Position numbers and translations under genes: made by a program
DNA from: an uncultured Bacteroidales bacterium
GTDB taxonomy: Bacteria; Bacteroidota; Bacteroidia; Bacteroidales; UBA7960
Length of the DNA: 64,000 nt
Assembly: GCA_964477035.1 (NCBI GenBank)
Contig: CAYZCW010000004.1
Location: forward strand, 187,882 to 251,881
Direction: 5' to 3'
Notes under the pieces: generated by a model
Told to the model about the DNA's origin: nothing
The model's input: the letters and a program-made list of their open reading frames with translations, nothing else
Database searches by the model: none
Part shown: piece after piece, positions 26,928 through 35,816 of the stretch
Layout: each line of letters begins with the position of its first letter
Numbering within the stretch: position 1 is the first letter of the stretch

Positions 26928-28460
26928 CTAGTGTTCCCCGTGCATGAGCTTGCGGATGAGCGGGCTCAGCAACAGGAGAAGGACGGCACACAGGAAGGCG
27001 ATGACGGCAATGCTGGAAAACACATTCGAATAAGACAGCAGGGAAGTGAAGGCGCCGCCGCCTTTTTCCGCCGCGATTTCGGGAGACAGGCCCGTGACCC
27101 TCATGGTGACTTTTTCCAGGAAGCCTCCGTTGGCGGTGACTTCACGGGTGGTGAAACGGGCGATGAATCCGGCGATGTAATGGGCAAAGCTCATGGACAG
27201 GAACCACACGCCCATCATGAAGGAAACCACCTTGGCCGGTGAGAGACGGGTGACCATGGACAGGCCGATCGGACTGATGAACAGCTCGCCCGTGGTGATG
27301 AAAAAGTATCCGACGATTAGAAAAATGAGCGGCACCTGCCCCGTTTCACTGGCAAAGCGGGCCCCGTAGGCGAAGATCAAAAAGCCAAGGCCCAGCTGGG
27401 CGATCGCGTAGGCGAACTTGAAAGGCGTGTAGGGATTGGCCTTGCGGGTCGACAACCAGGTCCACAGCACGGAGAAAGGGATGGCCAGCACGATGATGAA
27501 GAAGGGGTTGATCATGTTGGTCTGGGCCGCGTTCATAAAGACCAGGTTCACGTTGCGCTCGGCAAACAGGGTGATGGTGCTGCCGGCCTGCTCGAAGAAC
27601 GCCCAGAACAGGGTGCTGAATACGGCCAGGATGAAGATGACAATGATCTTCTCCCGTTCGGCGCGCGTGATTTCAAGGAAGGACTTGCCCACCACGAATA
27701 CGACCAGTGCGAGAATGGCGTAAAGCATGTAGCCGGCCAGTTCGCTTTTGTAAATCAGGAGGGTGAGCAGGGGGACGGACAGCACGGCCAGGATGGTGGA
27801 AAGGGCCGGCATGCTCATGCCCGCAATTTTTCGCCGGCTTTCCTCGGTGTCGGGAGCCAGGCCCTTGCCTTCGAAGGTGCCGTTGTTGATGCCCAACTGG
27901 AACACCAGCAGGCCGAGCAGCATGCCAACGCCGGCCAGGCCGAAGCCATAGGACCAGCCATAAGCGTAAGCGATCCAGCCACAGGCCAGGGGAGAGAGGG
28001 TGGCGCCCAGGTTGATGCCCATGTAAAAAATGGTGAAGCCGGCATCTCGCCTCGGATCACCGGGCTCGTAAAGGCTGCCCACCATGGAGGAGATGTTGGG
28101 CTTGAACAGGCCGTTGCCCGTGACCAGGAAACCCAGCCCGAAATAGAAGAACAAAGGCACGTCCATGGCCATCATGAACAGGCCGATGGCCATCATGATG
28201 CCGCCGGTGAGGATGGACCGGCGGTATCCCAGGAACTTGTCTGCGATCATCCCGCCCAGGACCGGGGTGGCATAGACCAGCGCCCCGAATGCCGCGTAAA
28301 TTCCATACGCCCGCACGTCGGCCGCATCGCGGGCCATGTCGGCATACAGCTTCTGAACGATATACAGTACGAGCAAAGCCCGCATCCCATAATAGCTGAA
28401 CCTTTCCCACAGCTCCGCAAAGAACAGGTAGTACAAGGCCTTGGGGTGTCCTTTTTTCAT
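26928..28460 (-). CDS. Proton-dependent oligopeptide transporter (POT/PTR2 family)
   Basis: The PTR2 signature FAELWERFSYYGMRALLVLY is present in a 510-aa, multi-TM ORF. Confidence 0.9.
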   Translation of the reverse strand: MKKGHPKALYYLFFAELWERFSYYGMRALLVLYIVQKLYADMARDAADVRAYGIYAAFGALVYATPVLGGMIADKFLGYRRSILTGGIMMAIGLFMMAMDVPLFFYFGLGFLVTGNGLFKPNISSMVGSLYEPGDPRRDAGFTIFYMGINLGATLSPLACGWIAYAYGWSYGFGLAGVGMLLGLLVFQLGINNGTFEGKGLAPDTEESRRKIAGMSMPALSTILAVLSVPLLTLLIYKSELAGYMLYAILALVVFVVGKSFLEITRAEREKIIVIFILAVFSTLFWAFFEQAGSTITLFAERNVNLVFMNAAQTNMINPFFIIVLAIPFSVLWTWLSTRKANPYTPFKFAYAIAQLGLGFLIFAYGARFASETGQVPLIFLIVGYFFITTGELFISPIGLSMVTRLSPAKVVSFMMGVWFLSMSFAHYIAGFIARFTTREVTANGGFLEKVTMRVTGLSPEIAAEKGGGAFTSLLSYSNVFSSIAVIAFLCAVLLLLLSPLIRKLMHGEH

Positions 28461-28501
28461 TTTTAATCAGGTTTGAGTGAGTACGATTTTTTTGGATCAG
28501 G

Positions 28502-28509
28502 CAAATATA
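28502..28509 (-). promoter_or_regulatory. Candidate -7 box TATATTTG for the POT transporter gene
   Basis: Perfect TAnnTTTG on the minus strand, about 40 nt upstream of the ATG at 28460. Confidence 0.35.
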
Positions 28510-28604
28510 GGTAAAAATGTTTCTTGCCTCCACCGAAGGGCGGAACCATTTTTTCAACACCTGGCCGGAGGGTTTTCGTCGGACGGGTCTGTCGCCTCCG
28601 GCTG

Positions 28605-30746
28605 TCAGAAGCGCACCCGGAGCTGGGCCTTGATTTCGGTACGGGTATTGCCCTCAATCAGGTCCATGCCGCTGCCGATCTCATGCCGGTTGGTGTAGAA
28701 GGTTTGTGCCAGGCGGGCGTACAGGTCGATGTTTCGGTTGAGGCGGTAGCGGGCCAGCAGGTACACCCTGGATCCCTTGTCCGAATAGAATGGAAATGAA
28801 AAGGCGTAGAGCACATCATTCTCGTAGGCGTAGATGCGGGAGTCGAAGCCGTCGGTGTCGAACAGGGCGTAACGGAAAGTGAGGGCCCAGGGGCTGGAGA
28901 AGTGTCGGTAAAGAATGTCCTGGTAGACCATGTAACCGGTTTCCTCCCGGGGACCGAATCCGAAGCCGATCCATTCCACCCGGTTGCGCAAGGAAAAGGA
29001 GGGAGATATGTCGTAGGCAAAATGCAGTCGGATGTTCTGCCGTTTTACATCATCCAGGTGCCGTATGGCTCCCGGTTCGGGGGTGTTGAGGGGCTTGTTC
29101 CTGACCCTGTAGCGGGCATACATCTCGACCGTGCGGCTGGGCCGGTAGTTGACCTGCAGCAGGTAGTCGTATCCCCGGGAAGGCATGTAGGTGCGGTACT
29201 TCATCCAGGGGAAGGAGAAGTGGTCGGCATAGGCAGTGATGCGCCACTCCCGGGAGAGCTGGGCGTTGAGACCGATGTACAGGCCGCTCTCGTTGACCAC
29301 CCGGGTGTTCTCGGAAAAGGCCACTGCGTAAAGCGACTGGTAGTCCTCGCTGAATCGCCGGTGGACGATGGCCAGCGACAGGCGGGAATCCAGACTCATC
29401 ATCACCCCGTTCAGCAGGGCATATCCTCCGTTCCGGCTCATGGCCCCTTCGCCGAAAAAATTGAAGTTTCTGAAGATGTAATTGTAATCCAGTCCGATAT
29501 TGGCGTTTTCCCGGCCCGAAAAATCGAACTGGTTGTAAAACGACAGCCGGCGTTCGTATTCGGCCCCCAGCTCCATCCGGTGGGCGGTGAGTCCCACGGA
29601 AAAATGGGGTTTCCTGTAGGAGATGTTTCCCCCGAAAATGGTTTCCTGCACGGCATTCCTGCCTTCCAGCTCCCGGGGCGTCCGGTGCAGGCCAGTCTGC
29701 TGCAGGCTCGTGATCACGAGGGCTTCCTGCTCCACCGTGTCCATAAGCAGCACGCCCGCATCCCGTCCCTTGGAGGAATAGAAGGCGGTGAACTCCAGGT
29801 CTCCGAAACCGATGGTGGCCCCGCCACCCCGCATGAACAGGTTTTCGTCCACCGAAGTGTACTGGCGCAGGCCCAGGCCGTTCTTCTTTACGCTGACGGC
29901 TTCGGCGCTCTTGCCGAAAGCCAGGCCCGACCACAGGGTCAGCCCCTGCCCGAACTGCACCTGGAAGTCCCCCAGCGACAAGGCCTTGATGCGTCCGAAA
30001 TCCCTCAGGTGCACATGTCCGGAGTAAAAGTCAAACCCCCCGGGCTGGCTGCCCCGGAAGAACTCCTCCCCGGGATCCTTTTCGGCCGTGAAGCCGAGGC
30101 TTACGTTGTTGTAGTAGGTGAAACGGTACCGGGTATAAAGGCGGTAGGGGCTTCCCAGATAACGGGCGTTTGGATTGGCCTCCAGGGCTTCTTCCTCGAT
30201 GGGGCTGAAACCCCTTTGTTCTTCAAACAGCCGCTGGTACCTCAGAAAATACTGGCTGCTGCCCTCCCTGCCCATGTTGGCCAGGCTGAAAAGCCGCCGC
30301 CTCACATCCTCCGACACGGTGACGAAAGGCTGGATGGCCTGAATGGTTTCCATGTCGAAGCCGTCGATGGCCTGCAGTTCGTACAGGCTGATCAGGTTGC
30401 CGAACAGGCTGATGTGGCTGAGCAGGTTGTTGATCTGGATGTCGTTGAGCAGGAACAGCCGCCTCAGGTCATCGGCCCTGGCGCTGTTCAGGTTGATCGG
30501 GTTCTGTATGAGAAACTGCAGCTCCTCCAGCAGGTCGGAATAGTCAATTTCCTCTTCGGCTTCCTCCAGGATGCTTTCAATGCGCTGGTGGAACCATTCT
30601 TCATTGATGATCTGTTCGCGCAGCGGGGGAATGGTATCAGGGGGCGTCTGTGCCAGGGCCCGCTGCCATGGGGGTGAAAGCAGGATCAGGCTGGCGGTGA
30701 GCACCAGAATCAGGATTCGTGGATATGTCCGCAGGACCTGCGCCAT
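28605..30746 (-). CDS. Helix-hairpin-helix (ComEA-like) domain fused to a large outer-membrane beta-barrel
   Basis: It has a signal peptide ending ALAQ and tandem HhH-like blocks (NLNSARADDLRRLFLLNDIQINNLLSHISLFGNLISLYELQAIDGFDMETIQAIQPFV). About 550 aa of alternating beta-strand pattern follow, ending in the OMP signature QLRVRF. Confidence 0.7.
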   Translation of the reverse strand: MAQVLRTYPRILILVLTASLILLSPPWQRALAQTPPDTIPPLREQIINEEWFHQRIESILEEAEEEIDYSDLLEELQFLIQNPINLNSARADDLRRLFLLNDIQINNLLSHISLFGNLISLYELQAIDGFDMETIQAIQPFVTVSEDVRRRLFSLANMGREGSSQYFLRYQRLFEEQRGFSPIEEEALEANPNARYLGSPYRLYTRYRFTYYNNVSLGFTAEKDPGEEFFRGSQPGGFDFYSGHVHLRDFGRIKALSLGDFQVQFGQGLTLWSGLAFGKSAEAVSVKKNGLGLRQYTSVDENLFMRGGGATIGFGDLEFTAFYSSKGRDAGVLLMDTVEQEALVITSLQQTGLHRTPRELEGRNAVQETIFGGNISYRKPHFSVGLTAHRMELGAEYERRLSFYNQFDFSGRENANIGLDYNYIFRNFNFFGEGAMSRNGGYALLNGVMMSLDSRLSLAIVHRRFSEDYQSLYAVAFSENTRVVNESGLYIGLNAQLSREWRITAYADHFSFPWMKYRTYMPSRGYDYLLQVNYRPSRTVEMYARYRVRNKPLNTPEPGAIRHLDDVKRQNIRLHFAYDISPSFSLRNRVEWIGFGFGPREETGYMVYQDILYRHFSSPWALTFRYALFDTDGFDSRIYAYENDVLYAFSFPFYSDKGSRVYLLARYRLNRNIDLYARLAQTFYTNRHEIGSGMDLIEGNTRTEIKAQLRVRF

Positions 30747-30758
30747 TCCGGATCCGGG

Positions 30759-31583
30759 TTAGAACGCGACAACAATTCCAGCCTGGGGCGAATAGCCCAG
30801 CACATGGTGAAAAGAACTTGCCAGGTCGATCCTCAGGGAACCCACCTTCATTCCGAAGCCGAAGGCATTCTGTGTCGGGTTGGTGCCGATGCCGGCCCGT
30901 ACATAGAATTGTTCGGCCAGCCGGTACTCCAGTCCCGCCCTGAAGGCGACTTCCTGTGCCATGTCCTTTTCGGTTTCGGCGGTCACCAGCACCCGGTCAG
31001 AGAATGAATAGGACAAGCCGAAACGCAGGATGGTGGGGATGCGCTCCTCCCCGAAACCATCGTCAGAGACGATGCGTGCCCGGGTCGGGTTGAACAGGTG
31101 TGCCCCGGCGTGAAAACCCGGCAGCAGCTCATAGATTACGCCCATCTCCACCGCCACGTTGCCTGCCGTGCCGTAACCTTCGCCGATGGAGGTGTAGAGG
31201 TAGTTGAGCTGGATGCCGGCAGAGAGTTTTTCCCCGAAAGCCCTGGAGTAGGCCAGGCCCACCTTGCTCTCGTGGTAGAGGGAGTAACCGAAATAGGTGA
31301 GGCTCACTCCCATCACCCCGTTCACGGCCGGCATGGCGAATGCGGCAGCTCCGAGGCTCAGTTCCCGTGCCAGAAAGCGGTTTTCAAAATAGAAGCCTCC
31401 GGCGGGCCCTTCCAGGCGGGCAAGGCCTGCCTGGTTGTGGCTGATGGACCAGAAATCGTATAGGGTCACGGCGGCATTGCCCATGCCGGCCTGCCGCCCA
31501 CCAAAGGGAAAATTGTCGTTGGCAGCCCGGGCCGGAAAGATCCAAAGCAGGGGAAGGATCAGCAGGAGGGAAATCTTTCTCAT
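30759..31583 (-). CDS. PorQ/PorV-like outer-membrane beta-barrel protein
   Basis: It has a signal peptide, an N-terminal block GGRQAGMGNAAVTLYDFWSISHNQAGLA that resembles the PorV/PorQ/FadL-type motif, and a C-terminal ...GIVVAF. Confidence 0.6.
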   Translation of the reverse strand: MRKISLLLILPLLWIFPARAANDNFPFGGRQAGMGNAAVTLYDFWSISHNQAGLARLEGPAGGFYFENRFLARELSLGAAAFAMPAVNGVMGVSLTYFGYSLYHESKVGLAYSRAFGEKLSAGIQLNYLYTSIGEGYGTAGNVAVEMGVIYELLPGFHAGAHLFNPTRARIVSDDGFGEERIPTILRFGLSYSFSDRVLVTAETEKDMAQEVAFRAGLEYRLAEQFYVRAGIGTNPTQNAFGFGMKVGSLRIDLASSFHHVLGYSPQAGIVVAF

Positions 31584-31664
31584 CGGACCGGCTTTGTGGT
31601 TCGTTGGCTTATTAAAATCCGGAAATCAAAGGGGCAAGTTACTTATTTTTCCCCTACCTGACAA

Positions 31665-32174
31665 TTACACCCTGAAACGGAATTGGTGGCTCCTGAGGTC
31701 CTCATTGGCTTTTACCACCTTTTTTTTCAGATCCTTCTTAAAGGTTTTCAGCCGGGAGCGGACATTTTCATCCGAGAGGGCCAGTATCTGCATGGCCAGG
31801 ATGGCCGCATTGCGAGCCCCGTCCAGTGCCACCGTGGCCACCGGGATGCCTGCAGGCATCTGCAGTATGGACAGGATGCTGTCCCAACCGTCAATGGATA
31901 TGGACGAATTGACCGGAACCCCGATCACCGGGAGGGTGGTGGAGGCCGCAATCACTCCCGGCAGGTGGGCGGCGCCCCCCGCTGCCGCGATGATCACACG
32001 GATGCCCCGGACTTCGGCTCCTTCTGCAAATGCCATCACCTTTTCAGGCGTGCGGTGGGCCGAGAGGGCGTTGATCTCAAAGGGGATCTCCATTTCGTCC
32101 AGGAAGCTTGCGGCGGCCTCCATGACGGGCATGTCGGAGGTGCTGCCCATGATGATGCTTACGGAAGGGGTCAT
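31665..32174 (-). CDS. purE: 5-(carboxyamino)imidazole ribonucleotide mutase
   Basis: Starts MTPSVSIIMGSTSDMPVM and carries AAGGAAHLPGVIAA. The start was trimmed from the 230-aa ORF to the ATG at 32174. Confidence 0.9.
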   Translation of the reverse strand: MTPSVSIIMGSTSDMPVMEAAASFLDEMEIPFEINALSAHRTPEKVMAFAEGAEVRGIRVIIAAAGGAAHLPGVIAASTTLPVIGVPVNSSISIDGWDSILSILQMPAGIPVATVALDGARNAAILAMQILALSDENVRSRLKTFKKDLKKKVVKANEDLRSHQFRFRV

Positions 32175-32207
32175 GGTTTTTGGTTTTTGGTTTTTGGCTG
32201 TTGGGTG

Positions 32208-32215
32208 CAAAAATA
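32208..32215 (-). promoter_or_regulatory. Candidate -7 box TATTTTTG for purE
   Basis: The minus strand reads TGTATTTTTGCACC, 33 nt upstream of the purE ATG. The intervening leader contains (CCAAAAA)x3. Confidence 0.4.
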
Positions 32216-32377
32216 CATATTTCGTTGGTTTTTTGCTGACGCGGCGGGGCTTTTTTGGATGCCCCTTGCAGACACTGCGGGAGAGCCTGTCTGTCGGAGG
32301 GTTTCCTCCTTTTTGTAACTTCGCAGCGGATAAATACAGGGGCAGCCCGGGATGCAAGGGTTTGCCCCGTTAACTGA

Positions 32378-33232
32378 ATGGCCATGACCACAACAGCACT
32401 TCCTCACAACGGCAAAAACCAGACGCATCCGGATGGGCCCGGGACCCGTCCGGAAGGGCCTGATGCCCCTCAGGGTGAACCAGGCCCCCGGCAGGATGGG
32501 TCCGGAAATCGCACGGAAGGGCTCAGCCCCCGGCCCCTGCAGAAAATGTTCATGGCCGTGCCCCCATCCTACGATTTTCTGAACCGCCTGCTGACCCTTC
32601 GCCTGGATGAGCGTTGGAGAAAACTGGCAGCCAGGGAGGTGCTGGCCGGGGAGCCCCGCAGGGTGCTGGACCTTTGCACAGGGACAGGCGATCTGGCCCT
32701 GAGGATGCGAAGGAAGGCCGGGCTGCAGACGGCCATATGGGGTCTGGACTACAGCGAGCCGATGCTGGAAAGGGCCCGGAAGAAACACCTGGGGCCGGGA
32801 TCCGCTCCTCTGGAGTTCGTACACGGGGATGCGGCGGCCATGCCTTTCGATGACGGCTTTTTTGATGCCATGGGCATTGCGTTCGCCTTTCGCAACCTGA
32901 GTTTTAAAAACCCCGACACCCCCCGGTTCCTCTCAGAGATACTGAGGGTGCTGCGTCCCGGAGGCCGGTTTGTGGTGGTGGAGACCAGCCAGCCACCCTG
33001 CCGCCTGTGGCGCATCCTGGTGCATGCCTACCTCAAATACCTTACCGTACCCCTGGGGGGGCGGATATCGGGCAATCGCGGGGCTTACCATTACCTGGCC
33101 CACTCTGCGGTTCATTTTTACAATGCCCGGGAGGTGCGGCAACTCCTGCTGGATGCCGGGTTCGAAAAAGTCTCCTGCCGGCTGCTTCTGGGTGGGGTGG
33201 CGGCCCTGTGGGTGGCCGTGGCACCCGAATGA
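32378..33232 (+). CDS. ubiE: Demethylmenaquinone/ubiquinone C-methyltransferase (UbiE/MenG family)
   Basis: Blocks MFMAVPPSYDFLNRLLTL..WR and the SAM motif VLDLCTGTGDLAL are present. The ~55-aa low-complexity N-terminal extension makes the start uncertain. Confidence 0.8.
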   Translation: MAMTTTALPHNGKNQTHPDGPGTRPEGPDAPQGEPGPRQDGSGNRTEGLSPRPLQKMFMAVPPSYDFLNRLLTLRLDERWRKLAAREVLAGEPRRVLDLCTGTGDLALRMRRKAGLQTAIWGLDYSEPMLERARKKHLGPGSAPLEFVHGDAAAMPFDDGFFDAMGIAFAFRNLSFKNPDTPRFLSEILRVLRPGGRFVVVETSQPPCRLWRILVHAYLKYLTVPLGGRISGNRGAYHYLAHSAVHFYNAREVRQLLLDAGFEKVSCRLLLGGVAALWVAVAPE

Positions 33233-33259
33233 AACAGGAGGGTACCCTCCCCCTGCGAC

Positions 33260-34069
33260 CTACCGGCTGTGGATGAACTCATGCGACAACAGCCGGATGA
33301 TCAATCCCTGCGGCAACAAGGAGGCCAGCAGAAAAAAGGCTTTCAGTTTCCTGCCCGGAAAGATGATTTCCCGGCCCCTGAGCATGCCATCAATGCCCTC
33401 CCTGGCCACCTTTTCCGGTGAGGTCGTGGTTTGCCGTCCGAGCCAGCCCGAAACCGCGATGCGCTGACGGACCCGGTCATTGGTGGGCACGCCCGATGGA
33501 AATATTCCGGACACGCTGACAGGGGTCCCTCCCAGTTCATGGCGCAGGGCCCGGGTGAAGAAGTAAACATAAGCCTTGCTCGCGCTGTACACGCATTTCC
33601 CCGCGAGGGGCATGAAGCTGGCCAGGCTGCCCACATTCAGGATGTGTGCCCGGGATCTGGAACGCAGGGTGGGCAGGAACAATCTCGTAAGTAGTGTGGC
33701 GGCGCGGATGTTCAGGGTGAGCATGTCGGCCACTTCCTCCTCCGGCATGTCCTCCAGCAGCCCGTTGAAGCCAACCCCGACATTGTTGATCAAGGCATGG
33801 ACCTGCAGATTGTTTTCGGTGACATAAGCAAACACTTCGTGGCAGCCGCTCTCCTTGCCCAGGTCTTTTTCCACTCCCCGGCACCGAATGCCGAACCTTG
33901 TTTCCAGTTCCGCGCAAAGACCGGGGAGTCCCGACCCGGGAAGGGCTATCAGCATCAGGTTCATGCCACGGCGGGCACACTCCGCGGCAAAGGCCCTGCC
34001 GATCCCGCTGCTTGCACCGGTGATCAGGGTCCAGTGATCCGTGTTTCCAGCCTGGTTATTCGTTCGCAT
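33260..34069 (-). CDS. Short-chain dehydrogenase/reductase (SDR)
   Basis: Carries TGASSGIGRA and the catalytic YSASKAY. Confidence 0.85.
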   Translation of the reverse strand: MRTNNQAGNTDHWTLITGASSGIGRAFAAECARRGMNLMLIALPGSGLPGLCAELETRFGIRCRGVEKDLGKESGCHEVFAYVTENNLQVHALINNVGVGFNGLLEDMPEEEVADMLTLNIRAATLLTRLFLPTLRSRSRAHILNVGSLASFMPLAGKCVYSASKAYVYFFTRALRHELGGTPVSVSGIFPSGVPTNDRVRQRIAVSGWLGRQTTTSPEKVAREGIDGMLRGREIIFPGRKLKAFFLLASLLPQGLIIRLLSHEFIHSR

Positions 34070-34072
34070 CTG

Positions 34073-35065
34073 TCAGCCGGTTTTGTTTTCCTTCAACCAT
34101 TGCAGGGTCTGGCCGATGCCCTCTTTAACCGGACTGATGGCATAGCCCAGTTCAATTCGGGCCTTGTTGCTGCTGACCCTCCGGTGGTGCAGGTATTGAC
34201 GTATCCATCCGGGGGTGATCATGGGGGGGGTGCCTGAAAGGCGGGCCATCAGGGTCATGCCTGCGGCGGCCAGCCAAAGCAGTGGATAGGGAACACGCAC
34301 AACCACCCTGGGCCGGCCGGTGCATTCCCCGATGAGCCGGAACAGGCTGTTGAAAGACAGGTTTTCACCGCCCAGGTTGTATTTCTGGCCGCTGCGCCCT
34401 TTCTCCATGGCCAGCAAGTGGCCGCGCACCACATCGTTGACGAATACATAGTTGCCGATGGTCCGCCCGTTTCCCGGGATGATGCGCCAGCGACCCCTGC
34501 GGTAGAGCGAGATGATCCGGGTGACCGAGTTGCTTTCGTTGATGGCCCCCGGGCCGAACACCCTGGTGGGTGCCACAATGACCACCTCCAGGCCCTGCCC
34601 GGCATACCGCCTGCATTCCTTCTCGGCCAGTGACTTGGTTTCCGCATAGGGGGTAAGCTGTGTCCCGGGATGGGGGTCGTCCTCGCGGGCGTCACGGACT
34701 GCGTCGGTGGGGAGGAGGGTGCCGGCCGTGGAGGTAAACACCACCCGCCTGACGCCTTCCCTTTTTGCAGCCTCCAGCAGGTTGATGGTGCCCTCCACAT
34801 TGACCGTGTGAAAACGGGACGGGTCCTTTGCAAATGGCTTGGCGAAGGCGGCCAGGTGAAATACATGGGTGCAGCCTTTCATGGCCCTTTCAACGGATTC
34901 CTTATCGGTAATGTCCCCTTCGAACAGCCTGATCCCGGGTCGGTCCAGATGGGATGCCCCGGTCAGGGAACGGACAAGCAGGTGGACTGTCTCCCCCCTT
35001 TCGGCCAGGGCTCCGGCCAGGTGCCCCCCGATGAATCCCGTTCCTCCTGTCAGCAAATACTTCAT
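34073..35065 (-). CDS. NAD-dependent epimerase/dehydratase family protein
   Basis: Rossmann motif MKYLLTGGTGFIGGHLAGAL. The start was trimmed from the 445-aa ORF, and it shows a 4-nt ATGA overlap with the upstream CPBP gene. Confidence 0.85.
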   Translation of the reverse strand: MKYLLTGGTGFIGGHLAGALAERGETVHLLVRSLTGASHLDRPGIRLFEGDITDKESVERAMKGCTHVFHLAAFAKPFAKDPSRFHTVNVEGTINLLEAAKREGVRRVVFTSTAGTLLPTDAVRDAREDDPHPGTQLTPYAETKSLAEKECRRYAGQGLEVVIVAPTRVFGPGAINESNSVTRIISLYRRGRWRIIPGNGRTIGNYVFVNDVVRGHLLAMEKGRSGQKYNLGGENLSFNSLFRLIGECTGRPRVVVRVPYPLLWLAAAGMTLMARLSGTPPMITPGWIRQYLHHRRVSSNKARIELGYAISPVKEGIGQTLQWLKENKTG

Positions 35066-35808
35066 TTCTTTTTTGTTCTGAAGACAAAATGCATGTCGGG
35101 CCTGAAATGAACGGCACCCATCTCGGCCGACACCGACAGGGTCAGGTGCAGGATCCATGCCATGAAAAAACCGCCGCTTTGTAAAGACAGCAGGCAGAGA
35201 ATGATCCCGAACACCAGGGACCCGGCAGCTTCCCGGTAGCCGTTCTGGAGGTGGACGGCCACATAAAGCAGCAGGTTCACGGCCAGTGCAGGGCCCGGCC
35301 CGAAGGCTTCGGCCCAGGAAAACAGCAGGAGCCCCCGGAAGAGGAATTCGTACCCCAGCAGGTAGAGGCCCCAGCCTGCCACACTGGTCAGGATTGCCAG
35401 GGGGTCCCAAAGGGGAAGACGCATCAGGGGCAGGCGGTTACCGGCTCCCAGGTGGCGGGCGCTGGTGACCATCACCAGGGCCGCCAGGGCCATCAGGGCA
35501 GGCAGGGATCCGGGCAGGTAGGGCCGACCGGTCATGAGCCTGGCCGGCTCCAGGGAAAAAAACGGGAAAAACGCCAGGGCCGGCAGCAACCCAAAGAAAA
35601 CCAGCCCCAATCCCTTTCGGTATAAAAACCCCTGCACCACTTCGTTTCTTTTTTCTTGCAGCGCAAGCACATTTCCGTTGCTTGCCGGGTGGCCGCCAAG
35701 CCGCTGGTAGGCCAGGAAGGCCAGCACGGTCAAGGCCACGGCATACAATGCCTTCAGAAGGGATAGCAGTTCCAGGGTGTCCATCGATGGATCAGATTGT
35801 GTGATCAA
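35062..35808 (-). CDS. CPBP family intramembrane glutamic endopeptidase (CAAX protease-like)
   Basis: Multi-TM protein with GYEFLFRGLL (the EExxxR-type motif) and VAVHLQNG (the His motif). Confidence 0.7.
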   Translation of the reverse strand: MITQSDPSMDTLELLSLLKALYAVALTVLAFLAYQRLGGHPASNGNVLALQEKRNEVVQGFLYRKGLGLVFFGLLPALAFFPFFSLEPARLMTGRPYLPGSLPALMALAALVMVTSARHLGAGNRLPLMRLPLWDPLAILTSVAGWGLYLLGYEFLFRGLLLFSWAEAFGPGPALAVNLLLYVAVHLQNGYREAAGSLVFGIILCLLSLQSGGFFMAWILHLTLSVSAEMGAVHFRPDMHFVFRTKKK

Positions 35809-35816
35809 CGTCCGGT

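Noticed and set aside
28540-28604. An 8-bp GC stem (GCCGGAGG / CCTCCGGC on the minus strand) lies just after the HhH-barrel gene stop and looked like a possible terminator.
   Set aside because: The loop is long (over 20 nt), no T-run follows, and the left arm overlaps the stop codon region. This is not convincing as an intrinsic terminator.
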